Under the pieces are notes generated by a model. That model was given only the letters and a program-made list of their open reading frames with translations. It made no database searches and had not been told where the DNA came from. From Candidatus Hydrogenedentota bacterium (GTDB lineage Bacteria; Hydrogenedentota; Hydrogenedentia; Hydrogenedentales; CAITNO01), in the NCBI GenBank assembly GCA_018056705.1, contig JAGPFE010000016.1, forward strand, positions 370-64,369: DNA of 64,000 nucleotides, given 5' to 3'. Shown in pieces: positions 19,592 through 29,717 of this stretch. Made by a program: the position numbers and the translations under genes. How positions within the stretch are numbered: the first letter of the stretch is position 1; every line of letters begins with the position of its first letter.

Positions 19592-21634
19592 ATGAAAGCC
19601 ATGGCAGACGACAAAGGCAAAGATGTGGCCATGCAGTTGGCCGAGGATGCCCGGGAAGCGGAGTGGAAATTTCCCAGTTTTACCGCTGAAATGTTCAAGG
19701 GCAATTTCCGGTGGGACCTGTTGCATCCTTTCCCCGTCCAGAGCGAAGAAGACAAGCGGATAGGCGATGAATACATCGCCAAGGTCAAAGAGGTGCTTGA
19801 GCAGTACGTCGATCCGTACGAAATCGACGCGAAAGGCCAGTATCCGCCCGAAGCCCTGGACGCGCTGGCGAAGATCGGCATTTTCGGGATGAAGATTCCC
19901 AAGGCATACGGTGGCGTGGGCCTGTCGATTACCAATTACGCCCGGGTGCTGAGCGTGGTCGGCAGTTACTGCATGAATACCGTCACGTACCTGTCCGCGC
20001 ACCAGAGTATCGGGGTGCCACAGCCGCTCAAGGAATTCGGCACGGAAGAACAGAAGAAGAAATTTTTCCCCCGGCTGGCGGCGGGTGAGATCTCCGCGTT
20101 CGCCCTCACGGAACCGGACGTGGGTTCGGATCCCGCGCGGATGGTCTGCAAGGCGGACCTGTCTGAAGACGGCAAGTACTACATCCTGAACGGCGACAAG
20201 TTGTGGACCACTAACGGGATGGATCCCAAGACCACGCTTATCGTGGTGCTGGCCCGCACGCCGGACAAGATTTCCAAGAGCGGCAAGCCCATTCCGCAGA
20301 TCACGGCGTTTATCGTGGACCTCAAGGACGGCCTGAACAAGGTGTACGATGGCGGCGACGGCAAGGAAGACGGCTTCCACCGGGTCCGTCGGTGCCAGTT
20401 CATGGGGTTGCGGGGCATCGCCAACGGCGCGCTGGTACTGCGCAACGTGAAGGTGCCGGTGGAGAACATGATCGGCAAGCCCGGCCAGGGTCTGAAGATC
20501 GCCCTTTCCACCCTGAACGTCGGTCGCCTGGGCCTGCCGGCGGCAAGCATTGGCGGCGTGAAGACCCTTGTGGAGGAATGCCAGTGGTGGATCACCAACC
20601 GCGTGCAGTGGGGGGTACCCATCGGCAAGCACCAGGCGATCGCGAAAATGGTGGCCAACATGGCCGCGCACGTGTTCGCCATGCAGAGCATCGTTTCGCT
20701 GACCTGCGCGTTCGCCGACAAGAGCAACGCGGATATCCGGCTCGAGGCCGCGGCGGCCAAGTATTTCTGCTCCGAGGTGACGTGGAAATGCCTGGACGAC
20801 TACGTGCAGGTGAAGGGTGGACGGGGTTACGAAAACGCCCTGTCCCTGTACGCCCGGGGAGAGCGGCCTTCGGCCCTGGAGATGGGACTGCGGGATGGCC
20901 GTATTGGCCGGATTTTCGAAGGCTCTTCCCAGGTGATGCACCTGATCATGGCCCGCGAAGCCATGGACACCCATTTCAGCCTGGTCATGCCGTTGCTGCA
21001 GCCTAAGCCGGGCCAGAAAGAGAGCAAGGTCGCGCTGATCATGAAGGCCCTCAAGTTCTACGCCACGTGGTACCCGGGGACCTGGATGCCGGCATCCACC
21101 AGTTTCAACGTGCGGCATCTCAACGGGGCCAACCGGGCCCACCTGGCCTACGCAGCCAAGACCTGCAAGCGCCTGGCGCGGCGGTTGTTCCACACCATGG
21201 CCAAGTATGGTCCGAAACTGGAATACGAGCAACTGATCCTGGGGAACTTCGTGGATATCGGCGTGGATATTTTCGCCATGGCGGCGTCCCTGGCTTACTG
21301 TGAAAGCCTGCTGGCCCAGAACCCGCAGGACCAGTCGATTCAGGACGTGTGCGACCTGTTCTGCCGCGAAGCCCGGAAGCGCATCGAGGACAACTTCAAG
21401 GCGGTCAAGAAGAACCACAACAGTTTCTACAAGCGGGTTACCGGCGCGCTCATGGAAGGCAAACTGAACTGGCTGCGCCGGGATATCGTGGACAACCCGA
21501 TTCCGCCCAAGTACCGCGACTGGACGAAGAACGATTACACCCACCCGGCGAAGGAAATTATGGACCGCGAGGCCGCCGCGAAGGGCGATGGCAAGACGTC
21601 CGCGCCCGCCGGAGAAAAAGCAGCGGTCAAGTAG
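19592..21634 (+). CDS. acyl-CoA dehydrogenase, long (FadE-like) form with C-terminal extension
   Basis: ACAD N-, middle and C-terminal domain motifs (GMKIPKAYGG, FALTEPDVGSDPA, GGRGYENA) plus a ~200-aa C-terminal extension. Alternative start at ATG 19601. Confidence 0.85.
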   Translation: MKAMADDKGKDVAMQLAEDAREAEWKFPSFTAEMFKGNFRWDLLHPFPVQSEEDKRIGDEYIAKVKEVLEQYVDPYEIDAKGQYPPEALDALAKIGIFGMKIPKAYGGVGLSITNYARVLSVVGSYCMNTVTYLSAHQSIGVPQPLKEFGTEEQKKKFFPRLAAGEISAFALTEPDVGSDPARMVCKADLSEDGKYYILNGDKLWTTNGMDPKTTLIVVLARTPDKISKSGKPIPQITAFIVDLKDGLNKVYDGGDGKEDGFHRVRRCQFMGLRGIANGALVLRNVKVPVENMIGKPGQGLKIALSTLNVGRLGLPAASIGGVKTLVEECQWWITNRVQWGVPIGKHQAIAKMVANMAAHVFAMQSIVSLTCAFADKSNADIRLEAAAAKYFCSEVTWKCLDDYVQVKGGRGYENALSLYARGERPSALEMGLRDGRIGRIFEGSSQVMHLIMAREAMDTHFSLVMPLLQPKPGQKESKVALIMKALKFYATWYPGTWMPASTSFNVRHLNGANRAHLAYAAKTCKRLARRLFHTMAKYGPKLEYEQLILGNFVDIGVDIFAMAASLAYCESLLAQNPQDQSIQDVCDLFCREARKRIEDNFKAVKKNHNSFYKRVTGALMEGKLNWLRRDIVDNPIPPKYRDWTKNDYTHPAKEIMDREAAAKGDGKTSAPAGEKAAVK

Positions 21635-21748
21635 CCCATTTTCGTACGCGCGTTTACCGGGTCGTCGCCGCGGGCGGCGGCCCGGTTTCATTCAGGACAC
21701 CATTTCAAGAATGTGCTATACTGCCGCGCTTTCCATGGAGGCGGAAAC

Positions 21749-22078
21749 ATGAACCTGCTGAGCAGCGGACAACGCCGGTTTCTACGGGGACTGGCCAACA
21801 ACCTGGACCCTGTGATCCTGATTGGCAAGGGCGGGGTGAGCGAGGCCGTGCTGAACGCCGTGGACGAGGCGCTCGACGCCCACGAACTGATCAAGATCCG
21901 GTTCAACGACTTCAAGGACGAGAAAAACGCGCTGATCGACCTGATTGCCCGCGAAACCCAGGCCGAAGTGGCCGGCCGGATTGGCCACGTGGCCATCCTG
22001 TATCGGCGGCACGAAGACCCGGAACAACGCAAGATCCAGTTGCCCGAACCTTCCGGGAAGGTATCCGGCCAGCAGTGA
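21749..22078 (+). CDS. yhbY: YhbY/CRS1 family RNA-binding protein (CRM domain)
   Basis: LSSGQRRFLRGLANNLDPVILIGKGGVSEAVLNAVDEALDAHELIKI matches the YhbY signature. GGAGG RBS 8 nt upstream of ATG 21749; an extended -10 (TGCTATACT) lies upstream. Confidence 0.75.
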   Translation: MNLLSSGQRRFLRGLANNLDPVILIGKGGVSEAVLNAVDEALDAHELIKIRFNDFKDEKNALIDLIARETQAEVAGRIGHVAILYRRHEDPEQRKIQLPEPSGKVSGQQ

Positions 22079-22113
22079 CGGCCGCGCGCAGCGACCTGAT
22101 CGACCCCGGGTGC

Positions 22114-22911
22114 TTAGCCGGACACGGGGGACGGCAGGCCGGCGCGCAGGACGGGAGTTTCATTGTTCAGCCAGTGCCACACGCCGGGTACCGCGCGGGC
22201 GATATCGACCTGGGCGCACCACGCTACCTCGTGGCCGAGTCCTACCCGCCGGAGTTTTTCGGCGTGGGGGGCCGATTCGAACAACCTGACGAGGCCATCC
22301 GGGGCGTCCAGGTCGGGCCCGTACCGGGATTCCATGGCCGCGACGGTGTCGGCCGGCTCGAAGAGGTCCGGTCGGCTCCGTGTCAGGCTTCGGCCGAGAT
22401 AGAGGGCCGCGACCTCGTCTTCCTGGGCGCTGAAACACGGATCATCCATCAGGCCCGCGGGAATGAGCACGACGCGGCGCGCGGGGATGGTTTCCCGGGC
22501 GGCCCAGTTCGCGAGGGTTTCGCACAGCGCGGAGGCATGCAGGGGCGTTCCCATCAGGATGATCGACGCTCCCCGGCAGGCGATAACCCTTCCCGCCCCG
22601 GTAGTTGTCGTGAACACGATACGCCTGCCACGGGCCTTGCCGGTATCCAGGGGACTGTTGCCTCCATCAAATCCCTCGGGAGGCAGGCCTCCCCGTTCTC
22701 CAAAAAGCAGCGTTTCCGGAAACCGTTCCCGCTGGGCGAAGGCCTGGGCCACCTCGCGGGTGATCAGGATTTCCAGCGCGCCGGATTCCAGCAGCATGGT
22801 AGCGGTCGCGCTGGCCCGCAACGCGTCGATGACCACGGCTGCCGCGCCGGTTTTCGCGGCAAGGGCGGTTCCCTCCGCTCCAGTCACAATGTCCACGGGA
22901 ACGCGCGGCAT
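22114..22911 (-). CDS. 2-phosphosulfolactate phosphatase (ComB) family protein
   Basis: VVIDALRASATATMLLESGA and FDGGNSP motifs characteristic of ComB/PF04029. Confidence 0.6.
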   Translation of the reverse strand: MPRVPVDIVTGAEGTALAAKTGAAAVVIDALRASATATMLLESGALEILITREVAQAFAQRERFPETLLFGERGGLPPEGFDGGNSPLDTGKARGRRIVFTTTTGAGRVIACRGASIILMGTPLHASALCETLANWAARETIPARRVVLIPAGLMDDPCFSAQEDEVAALYLGRSLTRSRPDLFEPADTVAAMESRYGPDLDAPDGLVRLFESAPHAEKLRRVGLGHEVAWCAQVDIARAVPGVWHWLNNETPVLRAGLPSPVSG

Positions 22912-22916
22912 GCGGA

Positions 22917-24134
22917 TCAGGGTTTCCCCGGGCCGAAGACCGTCCGGATGGCCTCGAGATACGCCATGCCGTTGCGGGTGTCAGGTTCCAGGTAACTGCC
23001 CTCGGTCCATTCGTTCCACGCGTTAACGGTCAGGATCCGTTGTGCCGGGGGACGATCGCGCAGCAATGCGCGGGCGGCTTCCAGGGCTTGGCGGAACAGT
23101 TCGGGGGTGTTGCCGGTGATGATGGAGGTGTAGGGATAACCGATGTTTTCGTAAGGGCCGTCCTGCGTGGTGCGTGGGGAGGGGTCCCATCCCATGCTGA
23201 CGTTGGGGAAATAGGGAACCGGCCACTGCTTTTCGAACGCGGGCCACATGGCGATCGATGCTTCCATCCAGGGCCGGTACGGGGCCGTGGGAAACGAGTC
23301 CGGGTAGACATGGTGGATCCAGCAGTAGGATGTCACGCTGTCGATTCCCAGGGCGGGCAGCAGTTCCTCCGGTTTTCGGATGGTCTGCTCGCCGGGAAGG
23401 ATCTGCACGCCCCAGACCACGGCGTTCAGGTGGAGGGGTCCCACTCCGGCGGCGTCCGCCCGTTTCCGGAAGTCGTCCAGGGCCGCCCGGGTTTTTTCCA
23501 CGCCCCCCAGTCCATCCACGAGGGTCATTAATTCGTAAATGGAAAAGTACGCCCCGCCGTTTACCCGCCAGTAGTTGGGCCGGGTCATGTACGTACGAAT
23601 CACGTGATCCGTGAGGGTTTTGAACGTCTCCGCGGATACCCGTCCGGGGTGCAACAGGGGATGCTGACGTTCGGGCCGCGCGGGGTGGATGTGGTACCAG
23701 TCATGGTTGGCCCACATCAGGGCGAACTTGAGTTTCTGGTTGTTGGGGGCTGCCAGGAAGCCCTTTTCCAGGGCAAGATGGAGAAAAGGCCCCGTGCCTT
23801 CGTGCCAGTACCAGTCGAAGATGAACACGTCGACGCCATGGTTAGCGGCGGCATCGATTCTCATGGCCATGCGCGCGGGATCGGACTCGTCATCGAACCC
23901 CCAGAGGGGGGCCTTGGGCTGATCGTGTCCTTCGAAGCGGGGCCGGGCCGCGCGGACGAGATCCCATTCCGTGAACCCTTTTCCGTAATCCCGGTCATAC
24001 GCGGGATTGGGGTGATAACTTGGGAAGTAGTACGCCGCCACGGTGTAATCGTCATTTTCCCGTGGCGTGTTGCCGGCAGGAGCCAGTCCGGGAATTCCCA
24101 CCAGCAGGATCACCAGGAGCCATCGTGCGTTCAT
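22917..24134 (-). CDS. secreted WbsX-like glycosyl hydrolase/transferase family protein (PF14307-like)
   Basis: Signal peptide. AAYYFPSYHPNPAYDRDYGKGFTEW matches the WbsX-family N-terminal signature, and a NEWTEG motif sits near the C-terminus. Confidence 0.55.
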   Translation of the reverse strand: MNARWLLVILLVGIPGLAPAGNTPRENDDYTVAAYYFPSYHPNPAYDRDYGKGFTEWDLVRAARPRFEGHDQPKAPLWGFDDESDPARMAMRIDAAANHGVDVFIFDWYWHEGTGPFLHLALEKGFLAAPNNQKLKFALMWANHDWYHIHPARPERQHPLLHPGRVSAETFKTLTDHVIRTYMTRPNYWRVNGGAYFSIYELMTLVDGLGGVEKTRAALDDFRKRADAAGVGPLHLNAVVWGVQILPGEQTIRKPEELLPALGIDSVTSYCWIHHVYPDSFPTAPYRPWMEASIAMWPAFEKQWPVPYFPNVSMGWDPSPRTTQDGPYENIGYPYTSIITGNTPELFRQALEAARALLRDRPPAQRILTVNAWNEWTEGSYLEPDTRNGMAYLEAIRTVFGPGKP

Positions 24135-24169
24135 GCCATTACCTTTCTCCGCGCGCGAGAGAGGGGAGA

Positions 24170-24352
24170 TCAGGACCTTTCACGCGCCGCGCGTATCCGG
24201 TTCAGTACGGCTTCCCGTTCGGTCGGTTGCAGGGACGCGAGCCATCGTTTCCAGCCGGGACACCAGCCCGTGTGCCAGAGCCACAGCCTGCCCAGTAGTG
24301 ACCGGGGATTCCGTTCGAACCGTTTTCGCATGGGGCAGGTGTCGCATGCCAT
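24170..24352 (-). CDS. small cysteine-rich protein (60 aa), unknown function
   Basis: GGAGAAAA RBS 6 nt upstream of ATG 24352. Sequence MACDTCPMRKRFERNPRSLLGRLWLWHTGWCPGWKRWL... carries CxxCP and WCPGW motifs. It sits 35 bp upstream of the WbsX-like gene on the same strand. Confidence 0.35.
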   Translation of the reverse strand: MACDTCPMRKRFERNPRSLLGRLWLWHTGWCPGWKRWLASLQPTEREAVLNRIRAARERS

Positions 24353-24554
24353 GGTCGTTTTCTCCATTCGGGCCCGACTACATGGTACTGGAACGACGCG
24401 GTCCAGGGAAATTCGACGGGCGGTCGGCCGTGAGTGGAACTTCAAATATGAAAGCGCGCGTTTCGAGGGATGTCCCGGGCGGACGTGGGTTCAAGGGCGA
24501 GCGATTGTGGGCGCATGGTCCTGGGGTATCCCCGGGGAGTTCGGGGGGACGAGA

Positions 24555-24587
24555 AGATTTCTCCTCACTTCGTTCGTCGAAATGACA
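24555..24587 (-). repeat. dispersed intergenic repeat, form A copy
   Basis: AGATTTCTCCTCACTTCGTTCGTCGAAATGACA is the reverse complement of the 15031 copy with 1 mismatch. It lies between the WbsX-like gene and rfbD. Confidence 0.7.
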
Positions 24588-24674
24588 GAGGGTGTGGCGT
24601 GGTAGTACGTGGAGACGATGGAGGACTTGGCGGGGCCCGGCACGAGAAACTAAAATAGGCGAAGGGAGCATATC

Positions 24675-25532
24675 ATGCGCGTACTGATTCTCGGCAGCAG
24701 GGGCCAGTTGGGCCGCGATCTTGAACGGGTTTTTTCCGGCGAAGGCGAGGTTCGGGGCCTGGACCTGCCTGAACTGGATATCACGGACGAGGCCGCCCTG
24801 GAGCGGATCGTGGACGACTTCCAGCCGGACCTGGTCTTGAACGCCGCGGCCTACACCGACGTGGAGGCCGCGGAATCCCACTTCGAAGAAGCCCTTCGGG
24901 TCAACGCCCTGGGACCCCGCGTGGTGGGGCGGGTCTGCGCGCGTCACGACGTTCCCGTGGCGCACTATTCCACGGATTACGTGTTTCCAGAGCGCGAAGC
25001 CGGGGCATGGTCGGAAGACGACCCGGTGGATCCAGACGCCGCGCTGAACGCGTACGGCCGGTCCAAGGCCCTGGGAGAGATCGCCCTGCGCGCGGAAACC
25101 GACCGTTTTTACATCATCCGCACGGCCTGGCTGTTCGGTCCCGGGGGCAACAACTTTGTGGAGAAGATCCTTCGGGCCGCGGCGGCACGACCCGAACTGC
25201 GGGTAGTGGAGGATGAAACGGGTTGCCCGACCCACACGTGGGACCTGGCCGAGGCTACCCGGCTCCTTGCCCGCGCGGGGCGTTTCGGCGTGTACCACGT
25301 GGTCAATCGAGGGGAATGCTCCCGGTACGTTTACGCCAGGGAGATCCTGCGGCTGGCAGGAATAAACACGCCGGTGGTTCCTTGTTCTTCATCGGAGTAT
25401 CCGACGGCAGCCCGTCGAGCCAGGCGCAGCGTGCTGGCCATGGAACGATACGAGGCAGCGACGGGGTCGCGCACGCGCCCGTGGCAGGAGGCGCTGGCCC
25501 ATTACCTGGAAAGGAGATCGCGATCGTCATGA
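24675..25532 (+). CDS. rfbD: dTDP-4-dehydrorhamnose reductase
   Basis: MRVLILGSRGQLG NAD(P)-binding start, YxxxK active site (YGRSKALGE), ~285 aa, directly upstream of rfbB. Confidence 0.85.
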   Translation: MRVLILGSRGQLGRDLERVFSGEGEVRGLDLPELDITDEAALERIVDDFQPDLVLNAAAYTDVEAAESHFEEALRVNALGPRVVGRVCARHDVPVAHYSTDYVFPEREAGAWSEDDPVDPDAALNAYGRSKALGEIALRAETDRFYIIRTAWLFGPGGNNFVEKILRAAAARPELRVVEDETGCPTHTWDLAEATRLLARAGRFGVYHVVNRGECSRYVYAREILRLAGINTPVVPCSSSEYPTAARRARRSVLAMERYEAATGSRTRPWQEALAHYLERRSRSS

Positions 25533-26530
25533 AACGCCTACTGGTTACCGGGGGCGCGGGATTCATTGGTTCGGCATTCACGCGCTGGCAACTGGACCAC
25601 TATCCCGAGGTCCACGTGGTGGTCTACGACAAGTTGACCTATTCGGGGCGCAGGGAGAACCTTGAAGGGCTGGACGCGAGCCGGGTGACCTTTGTCCAGG
25701 GAGATATCGCCGACGGGGACATGCTGGGCCGGGCCCTGGAAGGGTGCGACGCCCTGGTCAACTTTGCCGCGGAAAGTCACGTGGATCGCAGCCTGCACGG
25801 CGCCACGGATTTCATCAACACCAACGTGATGGGCACCTACGTGGTGCTCGAACAGGCCCGGCGCGCGGGGCTGTCCCGGGTGCTGCTGGTGTCCACCGAC
25901 GAGGTATACGGCAGCATCGAACAAGGGGCGTTCCGCGAGACCGACCCCACGCATCCACGAAATCCCTACGCCGCCAGCAAGGCATCGGGGGAACTATTCG
26001 GCGTGGCCTTTTTTGAAACCTATGGCTTACCGGTGCTGATCACGCGGGGGTCCAATACCTATGGCCCAAGGCAATATCCCGAGAAGGTACTGCCCCTGTT
26101 CGTGACCAACGCGATCGACGATCAGCCGTTGCCGCTTTACGGCGACGGACGGAACGTCCGGGACTGGCTGTACGTGGACGATCACTGCTCGGCCATTGAC
26201 CTGGTGCTGCGAAAGGGCACGCCCGGGGAGGTGTACAACATTCCCGGCGGCAACGAGCGGGAAAATATCGTCCTTACCCGGAAGATCCTGGAAGTGCTGG
26301 GGAAACCGGAATCGCTGATCCGGCACGTGCCCGACCGGGTGGGCCACGATCGCCGCTACGCCATCGACGGAACAAAACTCCGGGCACTGGGCTGGTCGCC
26401 GTCCATGCCGTGGGACATGGGCATTGAACGGACCGTCCGGTGGTACGTGGAAAATGAATGGTGGTGGCGGCCCATCAAGTCCGGGGAATTCCGCGCGTTT
26501 TATGAAAAGCATTACGGCAAACTCGCCTGA
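25529..26530 (+). CDS. rfbB: dTDP-glucose 4,6-dehydratase
   Basis: MKRLLVTGGAGFIGS Rossmann start, STDEVYG and YAASKA catalytic motifs. 333 aa from ATG 25529, overlapping the rfbD stop by 4 bp. Confidence 0.9.
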   Translation: MKRLLVTGGAGFIGSAFTRWQLDHYPEVHVVVYDKLTYSGRRENLEGLDASRVTFVQGDIADGDMLGRALEGCDALVNFAAESHVDRSLHGATDFINTNVMGTYVVLEQARRAGLSRVLLVSTDEVYGSIEQGAFRETDPTHPRNPYAASKASGELFGVAFFETYGLPVLITRGSNTYGPRQYPEKVLPLFVTNAIDDQPLPLYGDGRNVRDWLYVDDHCSAIDLVLRKGTPGEVYNIPGGNERENIVLTRKILEVLGKPESLIRHVPDRVGHDRRYAIDGTKLRALGWSPSMPWDMGIERTVRWYVENEWWWRPIKSGEFRAFYEKHYGKLA

Positions 26531-26560
26531 GCCGGGCGGACGGCTCCCGGTATTCGCGCG

Positions 26561-27457
26561 ATGACGCGACCTGAAACGCGGCCCTGCTGGCGGGCGTCGT
26601 TACATGGGGGGCATAGCGCCGCGTATTGCGATCACGCCCGCTCTTCCCTGCGGGACCTGCTGGACGCGGCGGTGGCGCGGGACATGTGCCTGTTCGGGAT
26701 AACCGAGCACGCGCCCCGCGTGGAGCCCGGGCGGCTGTACGACGAAGAGTGCGCCATGGGCTGGACCATCGAAACCCTGGCGGCGTTATTTGCTGCTTAC
26801 GCGCGGGAAGTGGAAAGCCTCAGGGAAACCTACGCCGACCGGTTGATCGTGCTGAAGGGATTCGAGTCGGAGGTTGTGCCGGTTACCCGATGGGAAACCT
26901 TGATGCTCCAGTGGAAACGGGAGTACGGTTTCGATTACGTGGTCGGGTCGGTTCATTACGTGGCCGGCCATATCATCGACTACAAGGAGGAGCATTTCCT
27001 CCGGGCCGTGGAAGCGGCAGGCGGGATGGAACAAGCCGCGGTCCGGTATTTCCGGGCCGTGGCGGAGATGGCGGAGCGGTTACGTCCGGAAGTAGTGGGG
27101 CATTTCGACCTGATCCGGAAACAGTTCCCTGACGACGAGACCCTGTACACGCCCGCCACGCGGAGGGCAGCCCTGGAGGCCCTGGAAGCCGTTCGCGACG
27201 CGGGGTGTATCCTGGACATCAACACGGGCGGATACCGCAAGGGATTGGGACGGCCTTATCCCGCCGCGTTTATCGTTCGGGCGGCGGCAGACATGGGGAT
27301 TCCCGTGTGTCCCGGTGATGACAGCCACGCCGTGGAAGAGGTCGGGTACGGGCTGGAAGCGGCCCGGGCGTACCTTCTGGCGCATGGAATCCGAGAGGTG
27401 ACGCTGCTGTGGCCCGGAGGTAGCGGGCTGGAACGACGGAAGGTACCCCTGGCCTGA
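26561..27457 (+). CDS. PHP-family phosphatase (HisJ-type histidinol-phosphatase-like)
   Basis: LHGGHS, ITEH, GHFD and INTGG metal-ligand motifs of the PHP domain. Start codon uncertain. Confidence 0.65.
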   Translation: MTRPETRPCWRASLHGGHSAAYCDHARSSLRDLLDAAVARDMCLFGITEHAPRVEPGRLYDEECAMGWTIETLAALFAAYAREVESLRETYADRLIVLKGFESEVVPVTRWETLMLQWKREYGFDYVVGSVHYVAGHIIDYKEEHFLRAVEAAGGMEQAAVRYFRAVAEMAERLRPEVVGHFDLIRKQFPDDETLYTPATRRAALEALEAVRDAGCILDINTGGYRKGLGRPYPAAFIVRAAADMGIPVCPGDDSHAVEEVGYGLEAARAYLLAHGIREVTLLWPGGSGLERRKVPLA

Positions 27458-27464
27458 GGTCCGG

Positions 27465-28337
27465 TCAGGGTTGCGGCGGTTCGGCGGGTGTTTCTCCCCT
27501 GGGTGGGACCTGGCCCATGAGTTCACGAATCTGGGCCGCGGGAATGACCACCGCCAGCAGGTCGTTGTCTTCGTCATCATTCCGGTTTTGCCGGGCGACG
27601 CCAAAGCCGATCAGGTGTCCCCCGGGGGTGAACAGCGGCGAACAGAGAATCTGCTGGATGCGGGTCCGGGAAACCAGGTAATAGGTTCTGGGACGTTCCA
27701 CGACGCCTTCAATCCGGTCGATGAACGCCGTGTGGGCCCGCTGCACCACGGGCCCTTCCTGGCCGATGCACACGTAGGGATCCAGTATCCGTACCGAATC
27801 CGCCGCCTGGGCGGGGTCCGCGAAGGGCAATGGCTCCGCGGGAACTTCTTTCAGCCGGACGAACACCACGTCAAGGTCCTTGTCGCGCAATACCACCTCG
27901 GCCTCCCGTTCTTCCCCGCTGGGAAGAATCATCTTGAGCGAGACCACCCGAAGGGAAAACGGATTGTCCGGGTCCGCGGTGATTTCGGCGCCGAGGAGGG
28001 CCGTTGGATCTATGGCCGAAAGTGCCAGGACCGCCAGCCCATCCGGCGTGAGCATGGTCGCGTTAGCCTCGGTTTCGTTTTCGCTTTCATTGTTACCGAA
28101 AGAAACGCTCACCACGATTTTCAGCGTGACCACGGCCTTGCGATAGCGATCCAGTACCGCCCGGGCGGCATCACCCAAGGGATCGGATGGTTCCCCGGCA
28201 AGGGGCGTGTCTGCCGGCGGGGCATCCTGGGAGACCTCCGCGGAAGCGGGATCGGGTGGGGTATCCTGGGCAAGGGCTGGCGTTGCCCAAGGCAACAGCG
28301 CAACCATGAGCAGAAAACAGACACTGAAAGCGCGCAT
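27465..28337 (-). CDS. secreted hypothetical protein
   Basis: Signal peptide MRAFSVCFLLMVALLPWATPALA, followed by a Pro/Asp-rich low-complexity linker and a ~200-aa domain of unknown family. Confidence 0.45.
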   Translation of the reverse strand: MRAFSVCFLLMVALLPWATPALAQDTPPDPASAEVSQDAPPADTPLAGEPSDPLGDAARAVLDRYRKAVVTLKIVVSVSFGNNESENETEANATMLTPDGLAVLALSAIDPTALLGAEITADPDNPFSLRVVSLKMILPSGEEREAEVVLRDKDLDVVFVRLKEVPAEPLPFADPAQAADSVRILDPYVCIGQEGPVVQRAHTAFIDRIEGVVERPRTYYLVSRTRIQQILCSPLFTPGGHLIGFGVARQNRNDDEDNDLLAVVIPAAQIRELMGQVPPRGETPAEPPQP

Positions 28338-28412
28338 GCATATAACCTTTCTGCACCCGGGTGGATTGCCGTGACTATACGCCATCGAGCCAGGGAAAAT
28401 CTATTTTCAGGA

Positions 28413-29717
28413 CTACCCGGCAACGAGCCCGAAATATGGCTTGCTGGAAGCCCACGCGCCGTCAGTGAAATCGGGGAACGGCACGGACGCGCCCCCCGCG
28501 GCGATGGACTGTCCGGAGAGATCCACCACCGCGCTCATGGTGACGCCGTCTATGAGGTCCAGGGGGAAAGGCTTGTCTTCCAGCAGGGCGTCCACGAAGA
28601 GGCGCGCTTCGATGTAATCGGCCCCGCCGTGGCCGTGTTTCAGGGCTTCCTGTCCCATGGCTTTCCACCAGGGATGGCGGTACTTTTCGAGCCATGGTTC
28701 GAAGGGAGACCAGTCGTGGCTGTCGCCGGTCTGTCCTTCGATCATCACGGCGTTGTGCTCGTGGCTGTACACGCCAAGAGTGCCCTGTACCAGCCACTGG
28801 TTATCGTAAGGCCGGGGCAGGTTGATATCGTAGGTAACCACGACCGTTTTACCTTTTCGGGAACGGATCACGCTGGTGACGATGTCGCCTTGCGCGAACT
28901 TTCGGGTGGCGTTGGGGTGATCGGGACCAAATTTTCTCCGGAAATAGGCGTTGAGTCCCACGGAGGCCGTCGCGGTGGCCGTGAGGGACTCGAACGCGTC
29001 CCCGCGGTTGATGTCCAGCCAGCTGAGCACGGGGCCAAGGCCGTGGGTGGGGTACTGGTCCCGGTTGTAGCGTTCCAGGAACTTAGCGGGCCAGCGGTCC
29101 CGCCCCTCGGCGTCGAAGGCCCAGTATCCCGCGCAGTAGTGGGCGTACGCGCACTGGCTGTGGAGGATGTCGCCCAGCAATCCGTCCCGGATCATGTTGA
29201 GCACGGCCAGGTTATCTTCGCGGAAGGACCAGTTTTCGAGCATCATGCAGGTTTTACCCGTTTCCCGTTCCGTCCGGACCAGGTCCCGGCATTCCTCCAC
29301 GCTGATGGCCGCGGGTACTTCCACGCCGACCCGTTTGCCCGCCCGCATGGCCTCGATGGCCATGGGCGCATGCCAGTCCCACGGCGTGGCGATGATCACC
29401 GCGTCCAGGTCATCCCGGGTCAGCAGGTTCCGGTAGGCGTGTTCGTCTCCCGCGTAGGTTTCCGGCCGGGGACGGCCGCTCTTTTCCACGGTATCTGCCG
29501 CGCGGTTCGCCGCGTCGGCCAGCAGGTCACAGACCGCGGGGATGGCCACCTCCGGAAACTGGCAGAGCAGGCTGGTCCAGTAGCCGCCGCGGTTTCCCGT
29601 GCCGATTATGCCGACGTGAACCGCTTTTGCCTCGGCAGCCTGGGTAAGACGGGGTAATCCCGTCGCCGCCAGGGCAAGGCCGGTCATGCCCGCCCGCATG
29701 AAATCCCGTCGATTCAT
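28413..29717 (-). CDS. Tat-exported Gfo/Idh/MocA family oxidoreductase (GH109-like)
   Basis: Twin-arginine signal MNRRDFMRAGMTGLALAATG, VGIIGTGNRG NAD-binding motif. 434 aa from ATG 29717. Confidence 0.7.
   Translation of the reverse strand: MNRRDFMRAGMTGLALAATGLPRLTQAAEAKAVHVGIIGTGNRGGYWTSLLCQFPEVAIPAVCDLLADAANRAADTVEKSGRPRPETYAGDEHAYRNLLTRDDLDAVIIATPWDWHAPMAIEAMRAGKRVGVEVPAAISVEECRDLVRTERETGKTCMMLENWSFREDNLAVLNMIRDGLLGDILHSQCAYAHYCAGYWAFDAEGRDRWPAKFLERYNRDQYPTHGLGPVLSWLDINRGDAFESLTATATASVGLNAYFRRKFGPDHPNATRKFAQGDIVTSVIRSRKGKTVVVTYDINLPRPYDNQWLVQGTLGVYSHEHNAVMIEGQTGDSHDWSPFEPWLEKYRHPWWKAMGQEALKHGHGGADYIEARLFVDALLEDKPFPLDLIDGVTMSAVVDLSGQSIAAGGASVPFPDFTDGAWASSKPYFGLVAG

Noticed and set aside
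19289-21691. 800-aa minus-strand ORF antisense to the acyl-CoA dehydrogenase gene
   Set aside because: No recognisable domains and an Arg/Gly/Pro-rich composition. The sense strand encodes a clear ACAD.
21349-22995. 548-aa plus-strand ORF spanning yhbY and the ComB-like gene
   Set aside because: Out of frame with and antisense to supported genes. The translation is Arg/Gly/Pro-rich low complexity.
27471-29657. 728-aa plus-strand ORF
   Set aside because: Antisense to two supported minus-strand genes (a secreted protein and a Tat-exported Gfo/Idh/MocA oxidoreductase). No motifs.
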